Assembly (NCBI GenBank): GCA_964019425.1
Contig: OZ025780.1
Location: forward strand, 992,001-1,056,000
Source: Flectonema sp. DT1601
Lineage: Eukaryota
Reading direction: 5' to 3'
Length of the DNA: 64,000 nucleotides
Both the position numbers and the translations under genes were made by a program. Positions 24,813 through 38,443 of this stretch are shown piece after piece. The notes under the pieces are model-generated. The model was not told the origin of the DNA. It worked only from the letters and a program-made list of their open reading frames with translations, and did no database searches. Position 1 is the stretch's first letter; every line of letters begins with the position of its first letter.

Positions 24813-27800
24813 ACACATTCCCTGACATTCTATTAATGAATTGAAACAAACTGAACGTAGAAAAAAAAAGAAAGGGAAAAATAGATATTTATGCAAGCGT
24901 TATTGTTTGGATACCTTATTAAAACTGAAGGAATTATTTATCGTGTTTCTCGATTGGAAGGAAAATGGAAAACTGTTTCTTTCTCTGCGCAGTGTGGAAA
25001 ATAATTGAAAAAGAAATTAAAAAAAAAAAAAAAAAAAAATGATAATAATAAAAAAATTAAAATAGCACATACGTAAACCTCCTTTTTTATTTGCTCGCAG
25101 CCAAATTCTCCATTCCCCCTTTCCTTCTGGTTTACGGAATTTCTTTTTTTTTCTTTTTATTTAAACGTGCTATATAATTCCTGTAAGACCAAGAGGCCCA
25201 ACAGATCTTTTTTCCACTGTTGATATTTTCCATCTGGCTGCAAGCTGAAAAGCTGATCAATGCATGTTGCACACGCTGCTGTCCTTTTTTTTTTTTTTTT
25301 TTTTTTTTACTCTGCCTTAAAAAAAGAGGGAAAAAAAAAAAAAAAAGTAGCTTCAGGCTCTTGGCAGCTCACACTAAGCAGCAATTTCTTTCCTTTTTTA
25401 TTTCTATTATTATTATTATTATTATTATTATTTTTTTTTTGTATTTTTAAGCAACTATCTATTACCCTTATTTTGTCGCTATGGGGAACCTTAAAGTTCT
25501 CTTTTTCTTTGTTGACCTTATTTTTTTCCCCCCCCAACTCTTCTTCATGTATTTGATTTATTTATTGCTTATTATTGTTAACCAGTTAGTGGGATTCTTA
25601 TTTATCATAATTCTCAGCTAGCGGACTCTTCTTTTTTTTTTATTTATATTTTTCTAATAAAAAAAAAAAAAAACCAAAAGAGAAACGAAGGAACAAGTGA
25701 TTGTTAGTTGCTGGGATATGTAAGTAGCAGTGTAGTGGTCTTAACCTAACCGCTTCCCCTTTCTTTGAGAGGGTTTTTTTTTGTTGTATTCTTTGATGGG
25801 AATATGGCTGTACTACTTTTTTTTTTAATCCCATCAGTCTTGTTGATTGTCTCCGCACCTTTTGAAAAAAAAAAAAAAAAAAGAAAAAAAAACAATTTCG
25901 CCGCATCCTTATCGACTGTTTTGCTGACACAAGATTAAAACTACACAACCACTTCTCCTTTTATTTTTATTTTTTGTAATATTTGTATTTTTTGTAGCAT
26001 AAAAACAAATCACTTATTTCACTCATTTCAAGTGTTTTTGTTTCATCCTTCAGTCTCTGTTTTTTGAGATTGTGGTGCTTCCGTATCATGATCTCGTTAG
26101 AATTACGTCAGTACGTCGTATTTATTGCAACGTGCGGGTTGTAAAAGTAAAGAGTTGATTTCTTTTGTCTTTACATTTTTCATTTCAACCCCTCGAAAAA
26201 AAAAGAATGTCGACACACACGCATAAGTCTCCTTTAGATTCATCAGTTTAAGTCGGTTTCACAAGTTTTCGTGTATAAACAAAACGGACTTTGGTCTGTA
26301 TATCCAACTCCAGATCAGATTTTAATCTGTATTCTCGTTGTTGAAACTGTTCCTCGTTATTAAGGAATTCGGACTCAACCTCGACCCCACCCGACTTTAA
26401 AAAAATCAACTGGATCAGTTAAACAAGTAGCCCTTTCTTTTCTTACGAAAAGCATTATTGATTGTTAGATTTAAGTACTTTTTTTTTCTTTCGATGATTT
26501 AGCCTCTTTCGGATGCTGAAACGGCTCAAATTTTTTCGATTTAATAGGAAACTCCGTGGTGAAACTCCGTGGTGAAACTCCTCTTTTATGTACCTATTTC
26601 ATCTTCTTTGTTTCTTTTCTTCTGTTTTTAAAATTCAAAATCGCATGAGCTTTTGCACATTTCTTTTGTGTAGCGAAGTCGATACTCGCGTGAGAATTTC
26701 TTCCATTTTTCACGTGTATTCTCCTCATATATTTACTTTCGTCTGACATAATCTTCTGTTGGATGGTAGGTTTGTTTTTTGTGTCTTTTAATGGCTCTTT
26801 ATTGGCAAGCGGCATTCTGTTTTTTTTTTTTTTTTTTTAAAGTTTTGTCTCTTTTGATGTAACTCGAAAACGAGTTACGTTCTGCAACCATATTTTAAAG
26901 TAATATTATTATTATTATTATTATTATTACTCTACTTTTAGTAGAGTTTAGAGCAGTTGTCTCATTTTTTGAGCTTCCGTTTTTTTTTTTTTTTTTTTTT
27001 TTTTTTTGATTCTGTTTCCTTACAGATTGATGTATTACTTACTTATAATCTTGTGACAAAAAGTCCCTTTGAAGTTAAAAAAAAGCCTTGGTAAAGTCCT
27101 TTGAAATATTAATATTAGGGACAGTAAGGGCTGGAATCGGTCATTCATCCAGGGGGGGGGTTTTTTTTGTTTTTCTTTCGTGGTAGCATCTCCTTTTATT
27201 GTTTTCAACTTCTGTTAATTTCTGGGGCAAGGTAGGCTTGTAGCCGTAGCTATAAAACACAATTCTCCAATTGCTTGACTTATTAAGCAAAACTCGTTGT
27301 CTAACTGACTGGTTTGCTTTATTAGCCTTCAGACTGAGAACGAAAAAGGACCTTCTTCCTGAAGGCCAATCTGGATTCATATTTTTTTGATTATTTGTCA
27401 TTGGCCCATGCTGCCCGTTAAATAAATGCTTCGCTTCTTCTTATTTTTTTTTTTAAAAATTTAAAAAAAAACAAGTATTGTTAAAAAAAAAAAAAATGTT
27501 TTGGCAGCACTTTTCTCGATTTAAGTCGTTATTACGGTTTTTCCGTGTTCAAACAAAAAATATCATCGAAAAAAATTGTAATACGTCTGTAGTTTGGGTT
27601 AAAAAAAAAAGGCCGATTTTATTTTATTTATTTACGTATTTTTCTAACAATTCGATTCGTAATTTCTTTTTCTTTTTCAAGTTCTCTTTTTTTTATATTT
27701 CGAAGATATCATTCGAGCGAAAGAGAAGCATGGCAAATGTAAACCTTAACCCTTTACTTAAAAGGATAATTTCTGGTTGCGCACAAAGCAAACTCTTAAG

Positions 27801-27867
27801 GTGTGAGAATTATTTGATAAGGTGCCGATTTTCTTTTATATTTTTTTTATGCGCGTGTTGTGTTGTC

Positions 27868-27899
<32 letters not shown>

Positions 27900-29736
27900 C
27901 ATCATCATCCGCAATATAAATTTGTTTTTAGGCCAAATTCTGTTTAATGTATCATCTCAACAACATCGGTGAAAATGTATATTTTTTTTTTTCCTTTTTA
28001 TTCTGTCACTACGACAAAAAAATAGGTTTGTTATTTTCGTTTCTCTCTGTTACTTGCTAGTTTTTGCCTAGCTTTCCTTATTTACAATGAATTGCTGTAT
28101 AATTAGTATTATAAGTGCTAGGTAACTCGCAAGTAACAAATAGTTTTTTTTTTTTTTTTTTTTTTTTGTATTTTTGATTTCCGCGGTCCGTTGTCGTTAG
28201 CTAGGGTTTCTTTTTTTTGAGCAAGCCTTATTTTTTTTTTTTTTTTTGAAAAAATTTGTTGTATAAAGGTTTCACGAATGTGTGGTATCAACTGCTACTG
28301 ATATCCCCCGTGAGAGATTTATATTTGTATAAACCCAATCAAGCATTCATTTCCCTCCCCATGATTAAAAAGAAAAAAATTAAATTTGATAATAATGCGC
28401 TCTCTTCGATTTTTATTTTAAAGACCTAACAAATTCACTTTAGCTATAAAAAAAAAAAAACCATTCCAATTTTTTTAAATTGTTTCTAACCCGACGCTAT
28501 AGGGCTTTCTAGTCTTTTTTTTTTTTTTTATTGTTTTGGTTTTTATGTTTTCTATTCTTTTTTTTTTCTTCTTTTCTCCCTCATGGTGGTTATGGTCCTC
28601 CGGTTTGACCCGAGGAAAGTCTGGTTTTTTACCTATATTGCTGTTGCCATTTCCCTCCCTCTTGAAGAATCAAAATTTCCCCCGGATGTTAATTCTAACT
28701 AGCTAGGATAAGAACTGTATTTTTATTTTAACTTCGGTTAAGTGTAAGTTGCAACGGACTACAGGGCATGGGACGCTCAACCTGTTAGTACGTGGTCCCC
28801 GAATTACCAGATTCGACAACGTCTTCTGGTCAGTAAGACAAAAAAAAAAAATAATAATTTTCCCTTTTATGTATTATTTTTTCTAAAACATAGTTTTTCT
28901 TTGATTAACAAACTACAAATATTTTTTTGCAGTCAAGTACTTTGGTATTAATTTTGTTTTTAATACCCTAAAGTTGTTACTGTTTTTACATTGTCAAAGT
29001 TTCACTCTCCGGATCTTAATTCGAACCAGTTTAAACAAGATCCCCCCGCAAGACCCAAAATGTTGAGACAGAAACTCATTCACTATCCCGTGGTAGAAGT
29101 ACCTTTTTTTTCTTTTTTAAAGATGAACTTTCTTTCCCCCTAGACTGCTTTTTTTTACTGCTTGAAAATGCAGTATCAAATTACCCCCTAGACGTAACAG
29201 TGCATTCTTCGAGAATTAGTTTATTTCCCCCCATTTTTTATTGTGATAATTTACACTCATCGAAACAGACAGGTATCTATTACACATTGTTGTTACTCTC
29301 AAAGGAACCAATTACACGGTCATTCCTTTTTACAATATCTACGTTGAGTAACTAATATAAGATTTTACAAAAAAAAAACGTCTCGCCTTTACACGAAGCT
29401 GCACAAGATGCACACAGTTACACAAGTGTGGCTACAACAACTATGTTACGTTAGGTCTATAGACGAAATTTATTATGATGCCTAATTACATGGCTTTTAT
29501 TATCCCTTGTAAGTTTTTTTTTTTTTTTTTTTTTTGTTTTCAACCTGTTGGTTGAAATTTCTGGGTAAAAGGTAGAAAGTCTCCTTCCAGCCGAAGCTCA
29601 GTTCTGGACCACCACTTGTAAGACACACACTCCCACTAATCATAATTTGCTGATGCTAAAATTAGTTTACTTTGATATAGAGAGTAATTTTTATATGTCT
29701 TTATAAATATACTTAAATAACCCCTTCTGATTCCGA

Positions 29737-30290
29737 TATTCTAAAAAAAAAAAAAAATGAAGCTTAATCTTCTGTTATTTCTTTTTTCGGTTTAACTTAG
29801 ATCTATTGATCTGGTATTCCCCCCTTTGTGCCGAAACTAATGGAATGGTCTTCTTCGAGATTAAGTTCATCCTTCTACCTAAACGATACTCGGTAGTCTG
29901 TTAGACTCGACTAACTATACACCCCTTCCGAGACTTTACTTTACCGAGGTTGATGATGAGGTATCAATTTACCCCCCTGAGCTTATGATGCTACCACGAG
30001 ATTTCGAAAACGATTTCTGTATACTTATACTTAACGTTATTTTCTTTTAGTTATGTACGAGTGCAATGCAATCTTTTGCTAGCCGCTATTCTAAAAAAAA
30101 TCTTCTGTTATTTCTTTTTCGGTTATTCCCCCCTTTGTGCCGAAACTAATAAAATGGTCCTCTTCGAGATTAAGTTCATCCTTCTACCTAAACGATACTC
30201 GATAGTTAGTCGAGTCACCCCTTCCGAGACTTTCCTTTAATGTGATACGAGACTTTCGTATTTTATTAATTCCCCCCTGAGCTTGATGAT
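29737..30290 (+). repeat. Local tandem duplication (~29737-29990 vs ~30087-30290)
   Basis: Shared TATTCCCCCTTTGTGCCGAAACTAAT...TTCGAGATTAAGTTCATCCTTCTACCTAAACGATACTCG...CACCCCTTCCGAGACTTT. Confidence 0.85.
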
Positions 30291-30493
30291 GTGGTTATCA
30301 ATTTAATCTACCCCCCTTTTTTTTATTATTATTCATCCCACATAAATAGATATCCCGATTTCACTGATATTTGTATAAGATGATTTTATGTTAAATAAAT
30401 GAACGTGAGGAGAACGCTAAGAGTAAGACGGATCTCATACCTTACGGCGGCTTCATTTTTATGTTTCTTACGATTTATTTACTTCTATCTTTT

Positions 30494-30600
30494 CCATACC
30501 GAGTCTTCGGAGACGGTTACGGATTGGGTCCTCTGTTTGCTGTGAGTTACTCACCCTCCCTAGAGCACTCATAATATACAGTAACGTTTTTGGATTAAAA
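30494..30600 (+). repeat. Dispersed repeat family E (other copies ~33500-33550, 36311-36351, 36531-36591, 38575-38630, 40455-40520, 41006-41050)
   Basis: Consensus GTCTTCGGARAC..CTACRGATTGGGTCCTCTGT..GCTGTGAGTTAC..CCCTCC; all copies in + orientation. Confidence 0.8.
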
Positions 30601-33386
30601 TAACTAACTAATATGCCGCTACTTACTTACTGAGTGAAAACATTCTTAATCGATTCAATCCAAATAGTCTTTTAGTATTTTAATCATCAGAGTTACGATA
30701 CGTAACATGAATAGTCTCACTGTTCGCCTGATAACACTTTGACTGAAGATCTAAACTTATTCATTCATCTATTTGCTTCCCTCTCTAAATAAAACAAGGG
30801 TCATTCCAATTCTTGTTGTAATTATTTGCAGTTAAATTATCCCGTCTCTGTTTTTTTTTGTTATCCCAGGAGGAAAAGGGTGATGGTCGATGGTCCTGCA
30901 TGCGATGTTCGGGGAGGGAAGTGTTTTTTCTTTTTTCTTTTTTAATTTAATTTTTTTTTTTGTTTCTTTACCTTATTACTCACTGAGAGTTGTTCTTCTT
31001 TCCCTTTCAACTAAGTCTTTCTCTCTATTTTTTAGCGTTCCTTTTTTTTTTCCCCTATTTTCTTTTTGCATTTGAACAAGTATTGTAAGAACGAAAAAGG
31101 ATGTTACGGCCTCGCAGCCCTCCTTTTAGCTTTATCAGTTTAAGTCGGTTTACGGGTTTTCGTAGCACAGACAAATGTTATTTGGAATGAGAACAATGTT
31201 TTTGTGTGATATTTTTCACCCCTTAACGCCCCTCCGTATTTATAAATGAGCTGCTGTAAAATTGGCAGCGGGAAATCTACTTCCCTACTTCGTGTGTTAA
31301 AGTTGATCACTTTTTTTTTTTTTTTTTTTTTGACATTACTATAATCCCACAACTGTGGTTAATTGTGTAAGTATTTCGACCTGTTACTTGATACTGTTAT
31401 GATTTCTATTTCACCGTCGGCAGTGGCTTACTGGCCTCTTCTTAACATGCTGAACCTATTTATGTTTTTTTCGGAGTCTATTCACAGCTTCTGTTGTACA
31501 TGTTTGGATTCTTCCTACCGTTTTATCCAAAGTTTTTTTTTCTTCAAAAAAAATGAAAAAATTCGAAGATGCCGCTTCACAGGCAGAGCTACGAATTTCT
31601 TTTCTTTTTCTTTTTCTAGCCTCCAGCTGTTCGCTTGCAGGTTTTCTTAATATGCTGAGAAGCTGTTTTGACGGTTTGCAAGCTCGTGGCTTCCCCTCTA
31701 ACACGTTCACATATCCACAAGCAAAGGGAACTCATTTAAATAAGCCAATTGTTAAGTGATTGTTTTTTTATGTTTTTTATTTTATTATTGTTGATCTGGG
31801 GAATGCAGTGCTGACTGATCACTCTCTTTCCACTTCAAAAAAAAAGCTTTAAAAAAAAGAAAAAAAAAAAAAAGAAAAAAAAGAAAAAAAAAAAACAGTT
31901 TTCTTGTTGCCTTCGGCACTTGGCTTGCAGTCTTCCTCTTAACATGCTGAGAAGCTGTTTTAGTTTCCCGTTCACTCAAATCTTTACCATATTCGGCAGA
32001 ATACTAAAACATTAATGTATCGCTTTGGTAGTGGCCTGTAGGCCTCTTCTTAACAAGCTACAGATTATTTGTTTCTTTTCTGTTCTCGACATGCTGAAAA
32101 GCTGTCTTCGAGTAGCTTTACTCAAATGGGGGATGTTGCATGTGCACTATTCCCTTTTAGCATTTGTTGTGGGTCGTAAAATAGTTTTTTTTTTTTTTTT
32201 TTTTGGTCTTTCTTAACATGCTGAGAAGCTGTTTTGAACAATAGATATTGTGAAGAGGATGTCTGTATGTAAAGTGATATGGTGATTTGCTAAATTGTGC
32301 TTGGTGTTCTTTCCACAGACGCGACACTTTTTTTTTTTTTTGATGGGAACCTCGTCAGAAAAAAATAATAATAAAAAAAGAATGTTAGCAACAGGAAGGT
32401 TTTTGACCTCCGCATGCAAAGCAGGTCGTTTTTTTTTTTTTTTTTTAAGTCTGCTGTATTGTGGGGCTTTTTTTTCCCCTTCTTTTTTTGCATAAGCGAT
32501 TATGTACATGTTAGTGCGTCATAAGTGCTCTTAAGTTGCGATAGTACTTTTGGTCTCCTTGAGTAATGTTTTCCTCCTCCTTCTAAACTAAACTAAACTT
32601 CTTTTTCCCCCTCATTTACTACGCTGCCGTTGACAGTCAAGATTGTCGGAGAAATTGTTGTTCCTTTGAGCTTGAAAATGCAGTATCAAATTACCCCTCG
32701 AAATGTTGATTCGAAGATTCTCCTGTCCTTGGCTACTTATTTTTTAAATTATTAGAAGCCTTCTTATTACCCAATGGATGACAAGCCTGTTTGTTGGTCA
32801 GGTTCTGAGTTTTTTTTATTTTATATATTTTTAGTACGGAGTGGCGAGAAACTTGTTGGGAAAGGTAAAAGCATAAGGCTGCGAGTTTTTTTTTTTTTTT
32901 GTTTTATTTTATTTATTCATGTTATTATTGTGGTTAAGTATTTTTATAGTTCTTCTTACTCTGATCCTCTTGAATCATTTTTTCCCCCTCGTTTCCCTCT
33001 CTCTCCCTGTTTCTTTTTAATGTCTACTTTTCTTGTTTGCGAATTCCTTTAAAGATCGCTGTATATGTTAATTGTTAACTCATTCCCCGTCTTCCTTCAC
33101 CTTTTTTTTTTTTTAAATTATTCTTTTTTTGCTGCGAAAAAAAAAAAAAATGGACTTGTATTTTTCCTCTCACTTTTTTTTCTTTTTCTTTACCCCCCTT
33201 TTTTTTTTCCCTTAGATTAAGTTAACATCTAACATGTGTTGCTCTTGTGTGAAAATGGGCAACATATTTTCTTGTTTTCTTTTTTTTTTTTTATTTTATT
33301 TATTTTTCTTTTTTTTGAAGAAAATTAATCATGTTTTCAAATTAATGACTTTTTTGTATGAAGTCAAACATCATTAGGCAAGAAAA

Positions 33387-33420
<34 letters not shown>

Positions 33421-33590
33421 TTTGTGTTCCTTTTTTTTTTTTTTTTTTTTTCCTTGTTTTAATCCTCTTTATGACGCAGCCGATACTATGAAACTACAAT
33501 CTTCGCGATTGGGTCCTTACTGATGTGGGCTACCCAAACCCCTCGTAGTCATCAGTTTGTATTTTGCTAACTAACTGCTGATGGATAAAC

Positions 33591-35209
33591 TGCAGAAATG
33601 AATACTTTTTTTTTACTAATCTCTACTTTTCTTATTCTCACTTTTCTGTTCTAAAATTAATGATACGAACTGCTTATGGATGTCTCAAAAAGATTGAATC
33701 TTTACCGCTGCAATTTACGACTTCTCATCATTTTGCGTTGTTTTTATGATTTCGATTCCAATTTTTATCCCCTTCACAAATGATGACAGAAGAGGTAGGA
33801 GAGTTATTTTTACAAGGCTTTGTTTTGATTATCCGTTCGGCTTTATCCAAATGATGTCTTCCTGGTCAGTAAGACAAGAAATATAGTTTTCTCTTTTTAT
33901 GTTTACTTTTTTTCTAAAACGTAATTTTCTTTGATTAACAAACTACAAATATCTTTCAGTCAAGTACTTTGATATTAATTTTGTTTTTAATACCCTAAAG
34001 TTGTTACTGTTTTTACATTGTCAAAGTTTCACTCCCTTCACAATGATGAGAAGAAGTGTTGCTTCTCGAAACGATAATAGTTATTTTTTACAAGGCTTTG
34101 GTTTGATTATCAGTTCGGCTTTATTCAACTGAGGTTAAGATTATCGTCGAAATTCAAACAAAATTATTCTTTATCTAGGTTGGTCTCCTTGCTTTATTTT
34201 ATTAACCAGGCTATAAGGCTAAAAGTTAACCTTTTAGCTATTGCTTGTATGCCTTTTCCTCTCTCTCACGTATTCCACAGTGTATTATGGAACAGCAGAA
34301 CAATGTGTTTTTATAATTTTTCTTTTTTTTTTTTATATTTTAATTTAGTGCACTTTTTTATAATAAACTCATATTCTAACTGCTGATGGATAAACTGCAG
34401 AAATGAATACTTTTCTTATTCTCACTTTTCTGTTCTAAAATTAATGATACTAACTGCTGATGGATAATTATTAATACTAACTAATTGCTTATGTTTGTCT
34501 CAAAGATCGAATCTAGTACCCTTTGATGTTAGGAAATTGCAGAAATGAATACTTTTCTTTTACTGATCTCTGCTTTTCTTATTCTCACTTTTCTGTTCTA
34601 AAATTAATGATACGAGCTGCTTATGTATGTCTCAAAAAGATTGAATCTTTACCGCTGCAATTTACGACTTCTCATCATTTTTGCGTTGTTTTTATGATTT
34701 CGATTCCAATTTTTATCCCCTTCACAAATGATGACAGAAGAGGTAGGAGAGTTATTTTTACAAGGCTTTGTTTTGATTATCCGTTCGGCTTTATCCAAAT
34801 GATGTCTTCCTGGTCAGTAAGACAAGAAATATAGTTTTCTCCTTTTATGTTTACTTTTTTTCTAAAACGTAATTTTCTTTGATTAACAAACTACAAATAT
34901 CTTTCAGTCAAGTACTTTGATATTAATTTTGTTTTTAATACCCTAAAGTTGTTACTGTTTTTACATTGTCGAAGTTTCCCTCCCTTCACAATGATGACAG
35001 AAGAGGTAGGAGGCAAAAATGTTGCTTCTCGAAACGATAATAGTTATTTTTTACAAGGCTTTGGTTTGATTATCAGTTCGGCTTTATTCAACTGAGGTTA
35101 AGATTATCGTCGAAATTCAAACAAAATTATTCTTTATCTAGGTTGGTCTCCTTGCTTTATTTTATTAACCAGGCTATAAGGCTATAAGTTAACCTTTTAG
35201 CTATTGCTT
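33591..35209 (+). repeat. Near-identical ~660-bp direct duplication (33591-34246 vs 34538-35209), with partial copies at 34376-34450 and 28820-29008
   Basis: Long runs of identity at an offset of ~950 nt. Confidence 0.92.
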
Positions 35210-35220
35210 TTCCTCTCTCT

Positions 35221-35338
<118 letters not shown>

Positions 35339-35343
35339 GTTGT

Positions 35344-35384
<41 letters not shown>

Positions 35385-37792
35385 TTGTGTAAAAAAGTAG
35401 GCGCTTCTTGGGCGCTAATTCTTCGCTGGAATTAAGTTTTACGCATCTCTAACTAGGTAGATGACTTCGATTTGAATATATATATCAGTCATTCCTTTTT
35501 TTTGCGAACAAAAAACACCATTTTCTCACCGCCTGAGCAAGGTTACACGATATGTTACTTTTGCTCGATTTTTTATTTTTTGGAATCGGGGAGGGTGCGA
35601 TCTGTAAAATTAGGCATAGGGATATACTTTTAAACGTGGTAAGTGCTGCTAAAAAGAGATAAACGTCTCTTTGCAAAATTTCCTTGGTACTACTCAATGA
35701 TAAATATTAATCCCAGACCTGGAATGGAAAGATCGAGAAAATCTGAGTAAAAAACACCCCTAAATTTTTTTTTTTTTACTATTTTTTTCCCCCTTCTCCC
35801 GCACTCAAGAGATATGCACCTTTTTACTAACAAATCAACCCTAGTAGCAATTATGTAAGGAAAATGTTGCATCTGTGGTGGTGATAATGATCATTAAGTA
35901 TCAAAGTAGGTCCAAAAAGACAGGTAGTAACAATCTGCCTCACCGGCACATGCTTAGTACTCTTTAATATATTTTTGCTCGATTATTTTTTCTCTGGATC
36001 CCGCTGGACCAGCAGTGTAAAATTAGACCCTTCGATTAATTTTTAGTTTTGGTACTTGTCCACGGCTGAGCTGATTTAGTAAACCACAAAAATCTCTTTT
36101 CTCAATTCGGGTGACAAGTATGTGATGCCAACCTCCCGATTTCGGACGGAAATGAACCCAACGATGCAGCGCATTAAAATGCCGCTTCGATCGAAAAATT
36201 TACAATTTTTTTTGAAAATCTTTTTCAATATCCAAAATTTGTTCGCAAAAAAAAGGAATGACTGATATATATATATATTTTTTTTTTTTTTTAAATCTCC
36301 AAGCAAGAACCCATGCTGTATTGTCGGAAACGACTACAGATTGGGGTCCTCAAAATAATCTTTTTTTATTTTTTTATTTTTAAAATTTTATTTAGTGCAT
36401 TATTTTAAATAAATAAAATATAATTTATATAGATAAATGTTCCTGTTCTTGATCTTTTTTTTTTTTCTATAATAAATTTAAAAAAAAAAAATTACATCCC
36501 CCTTACTAAATCTAATTAAATAATCCAAACAGAGTCTTCGGAGACGATTTTGGGTTGGGGTCCTCTGTCGCTGTGGGTTTCTCTAATACCCATTAAAAAA
36601 AAAAAAAAAAAAAGACGGCAAAGAACGTTGAATTTGCACAACTAACTTAACAAACTCATATTCTACCGAAATATAAAAATCCTAATTTTAATAAAACGGG
36701 TAATCCGTGCGACTAAAAAGAACAAGCAAAACAAAAAAAAACTAATAAACAACACTTACATAGTTCTTACACCCCGAAACTGTTGCTGTGCTGTGGGGAG
36801 TTCGGTACGTTTCCTGTCTTCCCGGGAAGCCATTTTTTTGAACTCTTCTTACGCATTTGTGTCATCTGAAAACCTCTAAAAAAAGAGCCTCGTAGATCGT
36901 TGTTGTTGTTTGTTATTAGTTCGGAAAAAAAAAATCATCTTTTTTTTTTCCCCATTTCTAGGGGAAACGAAAAAAAAAAGAAGGAAAAAAAAAAAAAAAT
37001 TCTATAATTCCTGTTACTCATCGTGCTGGATTTTCTGTTATAAAGTATGTGCACTTTTATGGCAGCATCCTTGGTATGTGCAGATAGGACCCTAAATTTG
37101 ACCTTTAATTAAAAAAATAAAAAATAATATTTTATTTGTTACTCTCATCTCATTGTCCCCTTCACATCGTTCATTTCAACCTGTGGGTTCTAGGTAATTG
37201 CCGAAGCTATTAAAAAAAAAAAAAAAAAAAAGCACAATCTCAGGGATTGGAACGCAGTCATTGATATTTATGAAAGTTGTGGTCAACAACTTTCGTTTTG
37301 TTTTTTATTATTATTATTTTTCTTGAATTTTCAAACAAGTTGTTTAAAGTTCTTCCTTATGATACTCACTTTTATTGATAACAGCTGCTATGTTATATTT
37401 CTCATCGTTTATTATTATTATTTTTTTTGAATGCGGTGATGAAGTTCATAATCATCGCCAAACCAAATAGTTCACCGTATCTTTAGGTTGTGATGCATAT
37501 GTTATATTTTGATACTCTTTTTTGAGATTGCTTAAGAATACCGTATCTAGTTATAACCCTCCGTATGAAGAGGACTTGACTGCTTGTCATCAGTTGACCT
37601 TAGTTCTGGAAAAAAAAAAAAATTATTTACCTTTTCTATTTATTATTATTTACGAATTAATTAATCTTGTATTTTTTGAGGCTACTGAGTATTTTTTTTT
37701 TTTTTTTTTTTCGAGCCTTGATGGACCCCTTTTTATTATTATATTATATTACGCTGTTGAGCTTTCCCTTGAATTTTTAGACTTTCCTAGGC

Positions 37793-38218
37793 TTCGTAAA
37801 TAAATAATTATTAACAATTTTTGGCGTTATCAGCCGTCTCTAACTAACACTGTCTGCTCACGCGGGCAGTGGGTTTAGGTAGTCATTTGTTCCAGGTTAT
37901 TCTACGTCTCTTATACGTCTGTGAGTGTTTCACAGTTGGTTGGTAGCGATCTCACTGCTACCCAGTTGAGCTATTCCTGACCTATGGCTTCCTGGACTTT
38001 CGAAAATAAATAATTATTAACAATTTTTGGCGTTATCAGCCGTCTCTAACTAACACTGTCTGCTCACGCGGGCAGTGGGTTTAGGTAGTCATTTGTTCCA
38101 GGTTATTCTACGTCTCTTATACGTCTGTGAGTGTTTCACAGTTAGTTGGTAGCAATCTCACTGCTACCCTGTTGAGCTATTCCTGATCTATGGCTTCCTG
38201 GACTTTCGTAAATAAATA
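37793..38218 (+). repeat. 206-bp tandem duplication (2 copies)
   Basis: TTGGCGTTATCAGCC at 37821 and 38027; the copies differ by only a few substitutions. Confidence 0.95.
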
Positions 38219-38410
38219 AATATATGAAGAATTATTATTATTTGACTTAATTTACTGTGATAGCCTCACTGTAATTTTTGTTCTTTTTTCATTTTCTTTT
38301 TTTTTCTTCAGTTTTAACCTTTATTACTTATTATTAGTATTATAAAGTTTTATTACTGTTTTCTACATTGTCAAAAACAATCACACCCCTTCAAAGGAAA
38401 GAAGGGAAGG

Positions 38411-38443
<33 letters not shown>

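Noticed and set aside
34043..34132. Box C/D snoRNA candidate (ATGATGA...CTGA; second copy 34991-35095)
   Set aside because: No terminal stem or recognisable rRNA complement; embedded in a long duplicated block, and related copies lack the D box.
34490..34508. TATGTTTGTCTCAAAGAT resembling the 18S rRNA 5' region
   Set aside because: Under 20 nt; paralogous copies diverge and the flanks do not follow rRNA sequence.
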